Of a stretch of DNA of 64,000 nt, positions 62,939-64,000 are shown piece after piece. Position numbers and translations under genes: made by a program. The stretch comes from Laetmonice hystrix. Taxonomy: Eukaryota. The notes under the pieces are model-generated. The model had not been told where the DNA came from and ran no database searches. It worked only from the letters and a program-made list of their open reading frames with translations. The stretch's first letter is position 1. Each line of letters begins with the position of its first letter. The DNA is taken from contig OZ249436.1 of assembly GCA_965235115.1 (NCBI GenBank), positions 35,342,001 to 35,406,000 on the forward strand, in the 5' to 3' direction.

Positions 62939-64000
62939 GGAGACCTCGAGATGTATCTTGTCGGCAGCTGTATGTCACAGTCCTTGCATATAGTCACCAG
63001 ACAGACGGGTGTGACTGTACCTCCAACCATCAGTGGCATCAATTATAACATTCTGGAAACTGGAAAATAAATAATGCAATAAATCATATTTACTAAAAGC
63101 CAATTATATTATTTACCCCCCCCCCCCTCCCCGCCAATCTCAGTCATGTTTAAAACTATAAATTTACCCCTATTGATACCCCCCCCCCCTAGTTTTAAGC
63201 CGCCGCAACCAGCTCCTCGTTGGTTCGACCTGTGCAGATGCCCCCCCCCCCTCTCGCGCTCAGTGCTCCATACTGGGACATTAAAGGCCGAGTGTCGACA
63301 GTGTTACACGTTAAAGTTAGGAATTACGGCCGCGTATCACCATATCATTCAAGCAAGGTGATCGATAAAACCGTCACATCCAAGCAACATTGTTTCATTG
63401 TTCGTTTATCTCGATCGTGTCGACTTGCACCTGTTCATTCTCAATTTTTTAAAGAAGAATATGTTCTGAGAGTATTTAGGAAGTCCTCGCGAATCAATCG
63501 GTACTATCACTATCACACGCCAGCAAGGTTCACCTGGGAGTGTGCTGAGAGACTGCATTCAGAATACCGAGGTAAGCCGACAGGTGCTATATGCCCATGT
63601 ATAACAGGTTACATTATTTGGGTTGACCCAGCTTCCAAGTCCTTATTAAGATCAAGTTCATTAAAGAGGTCTACGAGAACATGGTAGACCTACAATATAT
63701 CAAAACTAGTAGGCCCTGTTGGAGTTTGCGAATAACTTTAGGATATGGCTTCTTCTGATGACAGAATTGAAATTTGTTCGTCTGCAATGGTGTCTGCAGT
63801 CCTTGGCTTGTTCCTGGTCGTGTCTCTTGGACTAGTAGGTTGTACAGGTATTGTGGCCTACATACCAAGATCTATAGATAAGGGCCTGGAAAAGATGGGA
63901 AGAAAGGTGGAGTAATAGGTGTTGTATGCATGAAGAGGTGCATGCATGGTAGCATTGTAATTAGGCTACATTCGCATTTCCTTGAATCCCAACAATAGAA

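Overview
Eukaryotic, intron-rich, AT-rich genomic DNA; gene content suggests an invertebrate animal, but the species cannot be determined. Host genes: DCP2 (5' end, minus), neugrin/NGRN (plus), PIGO (minus), ETFA (plus), an unnamed LOTUS + 3xRRM + Tudor gene (plus) and a secreted GH18 chitinase (plus). DCP2/NGRN and PIGO/ETFA appear to be head-to-head pairs. Main finding: an apparently intact two-ORF CR1-group LINE (~2240-8585) whose ORF1 protein ends in a recognisable NADAR (YbiA-like, ADP-ribose-processing) domain. I do not know of NADAR as a described LINE ORF1 module. It may be a retrotransposon-borne counter to host ADP-ribosylation (inference). Second: a nested element at 32356-40530, in which a TTAA-flanked Kolobok-like element contains an Academ DNA transposon with ~1.4 kb inverted arms, which in turn carries a DIRS-type gag/RT/RNase H fragment. 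Several MITEs and two minisatellites are also present. All assignments come from reading motifs by eye; no searches were run.
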